Source: Emticicia soli (lineage in GTDB: Bacteria > Bacteroidota > Bacteroidia > Cytophagales > Spirosomataceae). Taken from it: 32,000 nucleotides of DNA. The notes below the pieces were generated by a model that worked only from the letters and a program-made list of their open reading frames with translations, ran no database searches and was not told where the DNA came from. Position numbers and translations under genes: made by a program. The stretch is taken from positions 178,969-210,968 of the forward strand of contig NZ_JBBEWC010000003.1 of assembly GCF_037860775.1 (NCBI RefSeq). The letters are read 5' to 3'. Shown here piece after piece: positions 7,569 through 15,929 of the stretch (the stretch's first letter is position 1; the number at the start of each line of letters is the position of its first letter).

Positions 7569-8834
7569 TCATATCAAAAACTCAAATAAATCAGGTTTAT
7601 TATTGATGTATTCAAACTGTATATTATGTTCTTCCATGCGTTGAATCAAAGGCTTATAATCTGATTTATGCTTTAATTCAATACCTACCAGAGCAGGTCC
7701 ACGTTCACGAGAGGTTTTTTTGTTATATTCAAAAAATACAATATCATCAGTTGGCCCTAATACATCATTCAGAAACTCTTTAAATGCACCCGCACGCTGC
7801 GGAAAACGGATAATGAAGTAGTGTTTGAGTTCTTCATATAATAAAGAGCGTTCTTTTATTTCTTCAGTACGGGTAATGTCATTATTGCCACCACCTATAA
7901 TACAAACTACGTTTTTGCCCTTTATTTCGTCTTTCAGAAAATCTAAAGCTGCAACCGATAACGCCCCTGCAGGCTCGGCAACAATGGCTTCTTCATTATA
8001 AAGCTGAAGAATAGTAGAGCACACTTTACCTTCGGGTATCAGAATGATTTCGTGATTGAGGTTTTGCTTACACACTTCAAAAGTTATGTCTCCTGCACGT
8101 TTTACAGCGGCGCCATCAACAAATTTATTGATTTCCTCAAGGGTTACGACTTTGTCAGCTTCCAGAGATTTTTTCATGGTTGGTGAACCAAGCGGCTCAA
8201 CCGCAACCAGTTTAGTGCGTGGCGAAAGTTGTTTAAAAACCGTAGATACACCAGAAGCCAAACCACCACCACCGATAGCAAAAATGAGATAATCTATTTT
8301 AAAATTAGAGTCTTTAAATATTTCGAGCCCCACAGTGCCTTGTCCTTCTATTACCTGTAAATCATCAAACGGGTGTATAAAAGTAGCCTTTTGTTCTTCG
8401 CAGAAGGTTTTGGCAGCAAAGTAGGCATCGTCATAAGTGTCGCCCACTAATTCAATTTTTACGAACTCTTTACCAAACATACCCACTTGCTTTATTTTCT
8501 GAGCAGGGGTGGTAGTAGGCATAAAAATAGTGCCTGTTACCCCCAGTTTTTTGCAGGCATAAGCAAGCCCTTGAGCATGGTTACCTGCACTGGCGCAAAC
8601 TACTCCTTTAGAAAGTTGTTCTTTGGTAAGACTCGCCATTTTGTTATAAGCACCTCTGATTTTATAAGAGCGCACTACCTGCAAATCTTCACGTTTGAGG
8701 TAAATATCGGCTCCGTAACGCTCTGAAAGGTTAAGATTATGCATTAATGGCGTATGCGTAGCTACATCTTCAAGCCTTTCGGCAGCTACATACATATTGT
8801 CTATATCCGGAAAAGTGAATTGTTTTTCTGGCAC
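7569..8834 (-). CDS. ilvA: Threonine ammonia-lyase (threonine dehydratase), biosynthetic type
   Basis: The PLP-lysine motif is SYKIRGAYN, and a GGGGL loop and a C-terminal ACT-like regulatory domain are present. The first codon is GTG (8832..8834), with an in-frame ATG at 8795. The N-terminal FPDIDN..AAERL looks conserved, which favours the GTG start. Confidence 0.9.
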   Translation of the reverse strand: MPEKQFTFPDIDNMYVAAERLEDVATHTPLMHNLNLSERYGADIYLKREDLQVVRSYKIRGAYNKMASLTKEQLSKGVVCASAGNHAQGLAYACKKLGVTGTIFMPTTTPAQKIKQVGMFGKEFVKIELVGDTYDDAYFAAKTFCEEQKATFIHPFDDLQVIEGQGTVGLEIFKDSNFKIDYLIFAIGGGGLASGVSTVFKQLSPRTKLVAVEPLGSPTMKKSLEADKVVTLEEINKFVDGAAVKRAGDITFEVCKQNLNHEIILIPEGKVCSTILQLYNEEAIVAEPAGALSVAALDFLKDEIKGKNVVCIIGGGNNDITRTEEIKERSLLYEELKHYFIIRFPQRAGAFKEFLNDVLGPTDDIVFFEYNKKTSRERGPALVGIELKHKSDYKPLIQRMEEHNIQFEYINNKPDLFEFLI

Positions 8835-8933
8835 GGTTTTGTTGATGCTGGTTATAGGTTAAATGTGGTTTTAACCCGAAGTGTGATTTTACTAAGCTAT
8901 CTGGTAAGGAAAATAACCCGATAGAATTTTTAT

Positions 8934-8941
8934 CAAATGTA
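8934..8941 (-). promoter_or_regulatory. Possible internal promoter for ilvA (-7 box TACATTTG)
   Basis: The sense strand reads TTACATTTG. The same 9-mer precedes the ilv leader (16093..16101). It lies just downstream of the 8956..8978 hairpin and ~100 nt before the ilvA start. No clear -33 TTG is present. Confidence 0.3.
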
Positions 8942-8955
8942 ATAAAAAATAAAAT

Positions 8956-8978
8956 GAGTAGGTAAAAAATACCTACTC
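8956..8978 (-). terminator. Rho-independent-type terminator hairpin in the ilvC-ilvA spacer
   Basis: GAGTAGGTA (8956..8964) and TACCTACTC (8970..8978) form a perfect 9-bp stem with a 5-nt loop. On the sense strand the stem is followed by ATTTTATTTTTTATT. Confidence 0.5.
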
Positions 8979-8989
8979 AATCAAATGTT

Positions 8990-9149
8990 GAAGTTGTTTA
9001 GAATTTTAATTTCAGTTTAAAAATAGTGGTATTTTGAGCGAGACAAATCAAATGATGAAAGCATAGCAGAGCTATGATTGCAATTATTTGATGTAGACGT
9101 AGCCAAAATAACGCATTTTTAAACGAAAGAAATAATCCTAAACAACTTC
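8990..9149. repeat. ~160-bp imperfect palindrome (MITE/ERIC-like) with 12-bp perfect terminal inverted repeats
   Basis: GAAGTTGTTTAG (8990..9001) is the reverse complement of CTAAACAACTTC (9138..9149). By-eye alignment of the arms 8990..9036 and 9104..9149 gives about 35 complementary positions of 47, including a shared GTTTAAAAAT core. Confidence 0.55.
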
Positions 9150-9170
9150 TTACTCTATAAGAAATGAGAA

Positions 9171-10214
9171 TTAGTTTCTCTCAGGTCTTAAGCTACGTAC
9201 AGTAGCACCAGCTTGCCACATTTCAGAATCACGCAATTCTGCCAATTCGATTTCCAGTTTCTCACGGTAATCTTCTTGAGAGTTACGCTCGATAGACTGC
9301 GCAGCTTCTTTTTGTGTTTTTACGCTGTTATATAATTTCTTGAACACCGGTTTAGTTGCATCATGGAATGGTTTCCACCAGTCTAAAGCACCACGTTGCG
9401 CAGTAGTAGAACAGTTTGCGTACATCCAGTCCATACCGTTTTCTGCTACTAATGGCATCAACGATTGTGTTAATTCTTCTACTGTTTCGTTGAAAGCTTC
9501 TGATGGAGAGTGGCCGTTTTCACGCAATACTTCGTATTGAGCGGCAAAAATACCTTGAATAGCACCCATCAAAGTACCTCTTTCACCTGTAAGGTCAGAA
9601 GTTACTTCACGGTAGAAATCAGTTTCGAACAAGTAACCTGAACCTACACCAATACCCATAGCAATAGCTGTTTCACGAGCATGGCCAGAAGCATCTTGGT
9701 AAACTGCAAAGCTAGAGTTCAAACCTTTACCTTCTACGAACAAACGACGAAGAGATGTACCAGAACCTTTAGGAGCAACCAATACTACGTCAACGCTCTT
9801 AGGAGGTTTAATACCAGTCTTTTTGCTATAAGTAATGCCGAAACCGTGCGAGAAATACAAAGTTTTGCCTTTTTTAAGGTATTGTTTAACGGTTGGCCAT
9901 AATTGAATTTGAGCTGCATCAGACAAAAGGAAACAGATAATAGTACCTTTTTTCAATGCATCTTCAATGTTGAAAAGCGTTTTGCCCGGTACCCAACCAT
10001 CGGCTACTGCTTTGTCATAAGTTTTGCCAGGGCGTTGTCCAACAATTACGTTGAATCCGTTGTCACGCATGTTCATTGCCTGACCAGGACCTTGTACGCC
10101 GTAGCCAATCACAGCGATGGTTTGGTTACTCAAAAACTCTCTTGCTTTTTCAAGAGGGTACTCCTCGCGGGTTACTACTTCTTCTTCAACACCGCCAAAA
10201 TTTAACTTTGCCAT
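9171..10214 (-). CDS. ilvC: Ketol-acid reductoisomerase (class I)
   Basis: The Rossmann motif is IGYGVQGPGQAMNMRDNG, and the length (347 aa) and the rest of the sequence are typical of IlvC. Confidence 0.95.
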   Translation of the reverse strand: MAKLNFGGVEEEVVTREEYPLEKAREFLSNQTIAVIGYGVQGPGQAMNMRDNGFNVIVGQRPGKTYDKAVADGWVPGKTLFNIEDALKKGTIICFLLSDAAQIQLWPTVKQYLKKGKTLYFSHGFGITYSKKTGIKPPKSVDVVLVAPKGSGTSLRRLFVEGKGLNSSFAVYQDASGHARETAIAMGIGVGSGYLFETDFYREVTSDLTGERGTLMGAIQGIFAAQYEVLRENGHSPSEAFNETVEELTQSLMPLVAENGMDWMYANCSTTAQRGALDWWKPFHDATKPVFKKLYNSVKTQKEAAQSIERNSQEDYREKLEIELAELRDSEMWQAGATVRSLRPERN

Positions 10215-10243
10215 TTTTATTGTTTTGTTTTGTGTTATTACTA

Positions 10244-10394
10244 TTGTCTGAACTTTGATTTACCTGATTTTTATGATTACACTGATTTTCATTTGGACTT
10301 AGAAATTGCTAAATGTTTTTATGATTTATAATTTCAAATAACCTATACTTTATCAATAAAATCATTTAATCGGGTAAACCATATTTCAAGATGA
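10244..10394. repeat. ~150-bp unit bounded by inverted copies of a ~36-40-nt motif (spacer between the GxxExxY gene and ilvC)
   Basis: The forward copy TTGTCTGAACTTTGATTTACCTGATTTTTATGATTACACTG is at 10244..10284. The reverse copy is at 10358..10394, with reverse complement TCATCTTGAAATATGGTTTACCCGATTAAATGATTT. The GxxExxY stop codon (10386..10388) lies inside the reverse copy. Confidence 0.55.
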
Positions 10395-10781
10395 TTTATA
10401 TTTCGAATTTATTAATCGCTTAAATTCTAAACTCTCACTACCAAAATTTATTAGCAAACCTACCTCAAGATTATATGCTTCCAGATAATTAATGGCTTGC
10501 GCAAAATGCACATTTTCTAACTTTATGATAGCTTTTAGTTCAACACTTACTTTATCTTCTACTAGAAAATCTACCCTTCTTGTACCAATACACTCATTTT
10601 TATAAAATATTGGCATTTCGTGTTCTCTACTAAAGAAAACTTTATTCCTGCTAAACTCAACCTCTAAAGCTCTTTGATATATTACTTCCTGAAATCCATT
10701 TCCTAAAATTTTATGAACTTCAATTGCGCAACCAATGATTTTTGAGGTAATCGATGAATGCTTATATTTTTCGTTAATCAT
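10386..10781 (-). CDS. GxxExxY protein (PD-(D/E)XK_3 nuclease-fold family, function unknown)
   Basis: G-F-Q-E-V-I-Y occupies aa 29-35. A PD-(D/E)XK-like core is present (RRVDFLVEDKVSVELK). The 131-aa size is typical of the family. Confidence 0.85.
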   Translation of the reverse strand: MINEKYKHSSITSKIIGCAIEVHKILGNGFQEVIYQRALEVEFSRNKVFFSREHEMPIFYKNECIGTRRVDFLVEDKVSVELKAIIKLENVHFAQAINYLEAYNLEVGLLINFGSESLEFKRLINSKYKSS

Positions 10782-10782
10782 T

Positions 10783-10944
10783 TTGTCTGAACAGCATTTG
10801 ACCTGATTTGATGATTACATTATGTATATACCACTATTCAAATCCAAAATAGAAACAATTCACTAAATCAATCTAAAACTCATTCAATTAAAAATCAGTT
10901 TTTCAGCGAAATCATTTAATCAGGTAAATCACAGTTCAAGACGA
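10783..10944. repeat. Second ~160-bp unit bounded by inverted copies of the same motif (spacer between ilvN and the GxxExxY gene)
   Basis: The forward copy TTGTCTGAACAGCATTTGACCTGATTTGATGATTACAT starts at 10783, 2 nt from the GxxExxY ATG. The reverse copy is at 10904..10944, with reverse complement TCGTCTTGAACTGTGATTTACCTGATTAAATGATTTCGCTG, and it starts 8 nt after the ilvN stop. Confidence 0.55.
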
Positions 10945-10951
10945 GACTGAT

Positions 10952-11491
10952 TTACAAATAATACTCCCATTCAGTGATTTCTTCTGGTAAGTACTCTATT
11001 AAACCTTTAGGGGTTTTACCTACGGCTACTCTTCCAGAACGAACGAACTCTATGATACCGTGAGGTTTGATGTATCGGAAAAAGTCGAAAATCTCTCTTT
11101 CAGTACCTGTTTTTTCTATTACTACGTAGTCGAGCCCCCAGTAAACTACCCAAGCTTTGTGTACTTTATTGATGTTTTCGACATCGATAACCTTGCCATC
11201 AATAGGTGTTGAAATTTTGAATAGGGCGATTTCGTTGTACACGATGTCTTCGTTAAGATAGCCGAAAACAGCTAGTACTTCGACAATCTTACGAATCTGG
11301 CGTACTAGTTTTTCTACCTCTTCACGCTTGTCGTGTTTAATGACAATCGTAAAACGAGAGATACCCTTTCTTTCTGTTTCTGATACCGTCAAAGACTCGA
11401 TATTGATTCTTCGGCGGGTAAAAATTATTGTGATTTTGTTGAGTAATCCGATGCTATTTTCGGTAAATACGCAAATAGTGTATGTTGTCAT
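10952..11491 (-). CDS. ilvN: Acetolactate synthase small (regulatory) subunit
   Basis: The ACT-domain start is ICVFTENSIGLLNKITIIFTRRRINIESLTVSETE. It is 179 aa and sits in an ilvB-adjacent context. Confidence 0.9.
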   Translation of the reverse strand: MTTYTICVFTENSIGLLNKITIIFTRRRINIESLTVSETERKGISRFTIVIKHDKREEVEKLVRQIRKIVEVLAVFGYLNEDIVYNEIALFKISTPIDGKVIDVENINKVHKAWVVYWGLDYVVIEKTGTEREIFDFFRYIKPHGIIEFVRSGRVAVGKTPKGLIEYLPEEITEWEYYL

Positions 11492-11517
11492 TGGTAAATC
11501 GAATCGAGATTTTTGAA

Positions 11518-11656
11518 TTAGTGATTAAGGTTTATTGAGTGATTGAGCAGGCCGCCGCTGCGGTGGTTGAGTGATTGAGTGATAATCACTCAACTTCACA
11601 ATAAAACTTTTGATTCAGTATTTTTTAATCACTAAATCGCTCATTCACTAAATCAC
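11518..11656. repeat. Dyad-rich spacer built from GTGAWT/AWTCAC motifs between ilvB and ilvN
   Basis: AWTCAC hexamers start at 11627, 11635, 11643 and 11651, an exact 8-nt period. GTGATT-type copies in the opposite orientation are at 11521, 11539, 11571 and 11579. There is a perfect 19-nt palindrome TTGAGTGATAATCACTCAA (11575..11593). TTAGTGATTAA (11518..11528) is the reverse complement of 11625..11635. A 13-bp direct repeat TTGAGTGATTGAG (11535..11547 and 11567..11579) flanks the GC-rich CAGGCCGCCGCTGCGGTGG. Confidence 0.7.
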
Positions 11657-11660
11657 CCAA

Positions 11661-13421
11661 TTATTCCAGTCGTATTTCTGATACACTTGTACCAGCCGGA
11701 ACCATCGGGAATACGTTTTCTTCTTTTTCTACTAATACCTCTAATAAATAAGCTTTATCAGATTTAAGTAAGGTATCAAGCGATGCACTAAGATTCTCTC
11801 TTTCTGAGCAAGTGTGCCCTTCAATACCAAAGCCTTTGGCAATAGTAATGAAATCAGGGTTTTTTAGCTCAACGAACGAGTAGCGATTATCGAAGAACAA
11901 TTGCTGCCATTGCCGTACCATGCCCAGATAATTGTTGTTAAGGATAATCATCTTTACGGCAAGGCCACTCTGTGCAATAGTACCAAGTTCCTGAATGGTC
12001 ATCTGGAAACAGCCATCACCAATGATACCTACTACTTCACGGTCTGGAGCACCCATCTTAGCACCAAACGAAGCCGGAATCGCAAAGCCCATAGTTCCTA
12101 AACCACCAGAGGCAATATAAGAATGAGGCTTACGGAATTGGTAATAACGTGCCGTTACCATTTGGTGTTGGCCTACGTCAACCACGATACAGGCTTCACC
12201 ATTGGTTTTATCAGAGAGCATGGCTACAACTTCAGCCATTTTTATTTTGCCTTCGCCTTTTAAATCACGAAGTGTTACTTTCTCATGTTCTTTTGCATCA
12301 AGTTTTCTGAATTCGTTCTTCCATGCCGAAAAATCTCCTTTTTTAACCAAAGGCATAAGCAATTTCAAGGCTTCTTTCGCATCACCTACAACAGGGGCTT
12401 CGGTCTTCTTGATTTTCTCGATTTCAGAAGGGTCAATTTCTATATGAATAATTTTGGCTTGCTTAGCAAACTTAGTAGAATCACCTGTTACACGGTCATC
12501 GAAACGCATACCAATCGCAATCAAAACATCGCATTGGTCGGTCATAACGTTAGGTGCATACATACCGTGCATACCCAGCCAACCCATGTAATTCGGATGG
12601 TCAATAGGCATACCCGAAAGTCCTAATAAAGTACTTGCACACGGAATATCAGTTTTTTCTACAAATTCCAATAGCTCTGGTACTGCTTCGGCTATTAACA
12701 CACCATGACCGAACAAGATGTATGGACGCTTTGCTTTATTAATCAGTTCGGCTGCCTTTTCTATCTGGTCTTGTTTCGGAACAATACGAGGGCGATAAGT
12801 AACCAGTTTGTTTATTTTTTTATACTCAAACTTTTCAGTCATTTTACTAGCCTGCGCATCACGGGTGAAATCAATCACTACCGGGCCAGGCTTACCAGCT
12901 TGAGCAATATAAAAAGCTTTGGCCATTACTTCAGGTACTTCGTCGGCGCTGGTAATCTGGTAGTTCCATTTACAAACAGGGGTTGTTACGCCAATCATGT
13001 CTGTTTCCTGAAAAGCATCAGTACCTAACAACGTTGATTTTACCTGACCTACAATACAAACCAATGGAGTACAATCAATGATAGCATCGGCAATAGGTGT
13101 AATAAGGTTGGTACCTCCCGGGCCTGAGGTTACCAGGCAAACCCCTGTACGGCCACTTACACGAGAATAGCCTTGTGCGGCGTGTCCAGCACCTTGTTCA
13201 TGGCGAACCAGAATGTGGTTAAGGCGGTCGATGTAATCATAGAGGGCATCATAAGTTGGCATGATAGCCCCACCCGGATAACCAAAAATGGTATCTACTC
13301 CTTCGGCTAGCAAACACTCCATCATTGCTTGTGCACCAGAAAGGAAGTCTTTCTTTTGAGGTTGCTCAAGATTGATAGAAAAGGTTTCTTGTTTGGCTTC
13401 CACTTCTAATAAATTTCCCAT
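11661..13421 (-). CDS. ilvB: Acetolactate synthase large (catalytic) subunit, biosynthetic type
   Basis: The ThDP-binding motif is GDGCFQMTIQELGT...NN. It is 586 aa with typical N-terminal Pyr and central FAD domains. Confidence 0.95.
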   Translation of the reverse strand: MGNLLEVEAKQETFSINLEQPQKKDFLSGAQAMMECLLAEGVDTIFGYPGGAIMPTYDALYDYIDRLNHILVRHEQGAGHAAQGYSRVSGRTGVCLVTSGPGGTNLITPIADAIIDCTPLVCIVGQVKSTLLGTDAFQETDMIGVTTPVCKWNYQITSADEVPEVMAKAFYIAQAGKPGPVVIDFTRDAQASKMTEKFEYKKINKLVTYRPRIVPKQDQIEKAAELINKAKRPYILFGHGVLIAEAVPELLEFVEKTDIPCASTLLGLSGMPIDHPNYMGWLGMHGMYAPNVMTDQCDVLIAIGMRFDDRVTGDSTKFAKQAKIIHIEIDPSEIEKIKKTEAPVVGDAKEALKLLMPLVKKGDFSAWKNEFRKLDAKEHEKVTLRDLKGEGKIKMAEVVAMLSDKTNGEACIVVDVGQHQMVTARYYQFRKPHSYIASGGLGTMGFAIPASFGAKMGAPDREVVGIIGDGCFQMTIQELGTIAQSGLAVKMIILNNNYLGMVRQWQQLFFDNRYSFVELKNPDFITIAKGFGIEGHTCSERENLSASLDTLLKSDKAYLLEVLVEKEENVFPMVPAGTSVSEIRLE

Positions 13422-13466
13422 GTCAGAATGGTTTTTAAAGTATCATTGATTGTTGTAAGTCTTCTA

Positions 13467-14195
13467 TTAATGCTTTTGCTTTTTTATAAAGATTCCCTCG
13501 CCTTGCATCAGTCTTCCGTTTTTAGGGTCTTTCAGTTCGGGCAATATTGTAAAAAGCTCAAAACCTAATTCGTCTAATTTGCTGATAACCTCATTGTATA
13601 GCGGCCCTTGCTCATATAAAGGCACAAATGAGATTTCGGCCTGAATCACATTAATGTAAGGCAATACGGCGCTTGCGCCTGCCAGTACATTCAACTCATA
13701 ACCCTGTACATCAATTTTCAGATAAATAGATTTATACTGTTGGGCTATTTCGGGCGTGATTACCTCGTCTAATCGTTTAATCTGAATTGTCTCAGTAGCC
13801 TGATATGCTGTGTCGGGTGCTAAATCTGTATGATTTTTATGCATCCCGAGCAAAGAGCTACTCGCAAAGTTCCCTGCAATGTTAATAGTCAGTTCTTCGT
13901 TTTTGATACCAAAACCCATATTATGGCATATCCATTTAGGGTCTTTGTCGGCATTAGCCTTAAGCTTTTCGAAACTGGCTTTAATGGGTTCGAACGATAT
14001 AATCTCGCCTTTGTATCCCATCTCTCTGGCTTCTGCTCCGTAGGTTCCTACAAATCCGCCTACATCAACCAATAAATCAACTTTGTGGTTTTCTAATAAT
14101 TGTTTGATTAAGGCGAATGGAGAGTTCATGACATTGAAGCGACGAATCTCCATATTCAAGTACTTACGGGCAAACTTCTTTATAAAATCATCCAT
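13467..14195 (-). CDS. FkbM-family SAM-dependent methyltransferase
   Basis: The motifs LLVDVGGFVGTYG (SAM motif I), FEP, and KIDVQGYELNVLAGA give the typical FkbM pattern. It starts 9 nt after the ilvD stop and ends 45 nt before the ilvB start. Confidence 0.75.
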   Translation of the reverse strand: MDDFIKKFARKYLNMEIRRFNVMNSPFALIKQLLENHKVDLLVDVGGFVGTYGAEAREMGYKGEIISFEPIKASFEKLKANADKDPKWICHNMGFGIKNEELTINIAGNFASSSLLGMHKNHTDLAPDTAYQATETIQIKRLDEVITPEIAQQYKSIYLKIDVQGYELNVLAGASAVLPYINVIQAEISFVPLYEQGPLYNEVISKLDELGFELFTILPELKDPKNGRLMQGEGIFIKKQKH

Positions 14196-14204
14196 ATTTC
14201 TTAA

Positions 14205-15884
14205 TTATAAGTCTGTTACGCAACCTTCGCTGGCCGAGCTAACATTCTTGATATATTTCCTTAGTACTCCTCTCTTAAATGGCGATTCTGTTGGTTGCCA
14301 AGCTGCTCTGCGCACTGCAAGTTCTTCGTCAGATACGTGCAGAACCAATTTATTTTCAATGGCATCAATCGTAATTTTATCGCCATCTTTTACCAAGGCA
14401 ATAGTGCCACCATCATACGCTTCTGGTGTTACGTGACCTACCACAAAACCGTGTGTACCACCTGAGAAACGGCCGTCGGTAATCATGGCTACTGAGTCAC
14501 CTAAGCCTGCACCCATTACGGCTGAAGTTGGTTTTAGCATTTCTGGCATTCCGGGGCCACCTTTAGGGCCTTCGTTACGAATTACCAATACATGGCCTGG
14601 TTTAACTTCGCCTTTGCTTAAAAATTCTATTACGTCTTCTTCACGCTCGCATACTTTGGCAATACCTTCAAATTTCTCACCTTCTTTACCTGTAATTTTA
14701 GCTACTGCGCCTTTTTCGGCAAGGTTACCATACAAAATCTGTAAGTGACCTGTTGCTTTAAGCGGGTTGGTAACCGGGCGAATCATGTTTTGTGTATCGA
14801 AATCTAAGTCAACTACATCTTCAAGATTTTCGGCTACTGTTTTACCTGTAATAGTCATACAATCGCCGTGTAATAATCCGCATTTCAACAAATACTTCAT
14901 TACTGCAGGTACACCACCTATGGCAAGCATATCTTCCATGTAGTATTTACCAGATGGTTTCAAGTCGCCCAAAAGTGGAGTGCGGTCTGAAATAGCCTGC
15001 ACATCGTCTAATGTAAACTCAATACCTGCCGACGAAGCAATTGCCAGATAGTGTAATACCGCATTAGTTGAACCACCAAGTGCCATTACTACTGCAAGTG
15101 CATTTTCGAAAGCCTTACGGGTCATGATGTCACGTGGGAGAATTTGTTTTTCTAGCAAGTTTTTCATCGCTGCGCCAATAGCCACACATTCTGCTTTTTT
15201 GCCTTCGTGTGTTGCAGGGTACGATGAGCTGTTTGGTAAACTCATGCCCATTGCCTCAATAGACGATGCCATTGTGTTGGCTGTGTACATACCACCACAA
15301 GCACCTTGACCCGGAATCGAGTTCTGGATAACTCCTTTGTAATCTTCGTCAGATATATTGTTGGCGAACTTCTTGCCTAATGCTTCGAAAGCCGAAACGA
15401 TGTCAAGTTTTTGTCCGTGATAATGTCCTGATTTTACTGTACCGCCATATACCAATATAGCAGGGCGATTCAAACGGGCTATGGCCATCATGGCACCCGG
15501 CATATTTTTATCACAACCTACTACCGTAATCACACCATCGTACCATTGTGCCGAAACCACATCTTCAATCGAATCTGCAATAATATCACGGCTTGGTAAC
15601 GAATAACTCATGCCATCGTTACCGTTGGTCATACCGTCAGATACGCCAATGGTATTAAAAATCAGCCCCACCATGTTGTTTTCCTGCACACCTTTCTTTA
15701 CATGTACTGCAAGTCCGTTAAGGTGAATGTTACAAGGGTTACCTTCGTAGCCAGTGCTGGCAATTCCAATCTGAGGCTTTGCCATGTCTTCTTCTGTCAG
15801 GCCAATGGCATAAAGCATGGCTTGCGCAGCAGGATTTGTTACTTCTTGCGTGAGTGTTCGACTGAATTTGTTTAGAGTGGTCAT
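14205..15884 (-). CDS. ilvD: Dihydroxy-acid dehydratase
   Basis: The Fe-S ligand region is GCDKNMPG, with SDGRFSGG-like [12 protein letters not shown] near the C-terminus. It is 559 aa. Confidence 0.95.
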   Translation of the reverse strand: MTTLNKFSRTLTQEVTNPAAQAMLYAIGLTEEDMAKPQIGIASTGYEGNPCNIHLNGLAVHVKKGVQENNMVGLIFNTIGVSDGMTNGNDGMSYSLPSRDIIADSIEDVVSAQWYDGVITVVGCDKNMPGAMMAIARLNRPAILVYGGTVKSGHYHGQKLDIVSAFEALGKKFANNISDEDYKGVIQNSIPGQGACGGMYTANTMASSIEAMGMSLPNSSSYPATHEGKKAECVAIGAAMKNLLEKQILPRDIMTRKAFENALAVVMALGGSTNAVLHYLAIASSAGIEFTLDDVQAISDRTPLLGDLKPSGKYYMEDMLAIGGVPAVMKYLLKCGLLHGDCMTITGKTVAENLEDVVDLDFDTQNMIRPVTNPLKATGHLQILYGNLAEKGAVAKITGKEGEKFEGIAKVCEREEDVIEFLSKGEVKPGHVLVIRNEGPKGGPGMPEMLKPTSAVMGAGLGDSVAMITDGRFSGGTHGFVVGHVTPEAYDGGTIALVKDGDKITIDAIENKLVLHVSDEELAVRRAAWQPTESPFKRGVLRKYIKNVSSASEGCVTDL

Positions 15885-15929
15885 TGTTGATTATTGATAT
15901 ATTATAGTCGTAAACCGTATTTTGTTCAT

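Noticed and set aside
8857-8876. Small hairpin GGTTAAA/TTTAACC in the ilvA 5' UTR as a possible riboswitch or T-box
   Set aside because: It is only a 7-bp AT-rich stem with no conserved riboswitch core sequences nearby. That is insufficient evidence for a regulatory RNA.
11901-13028. Several 66-113-aa plus-strand ORFs inside ilvB, with similar ORFs inside ilvD, ilvC, ilvA, the GH3 fusion, lon and the 423-aa protein gene
   Set aside because: All are antisense shadows of long, motif-supported genes. Their sequences are low-complexity and show no conserved features.
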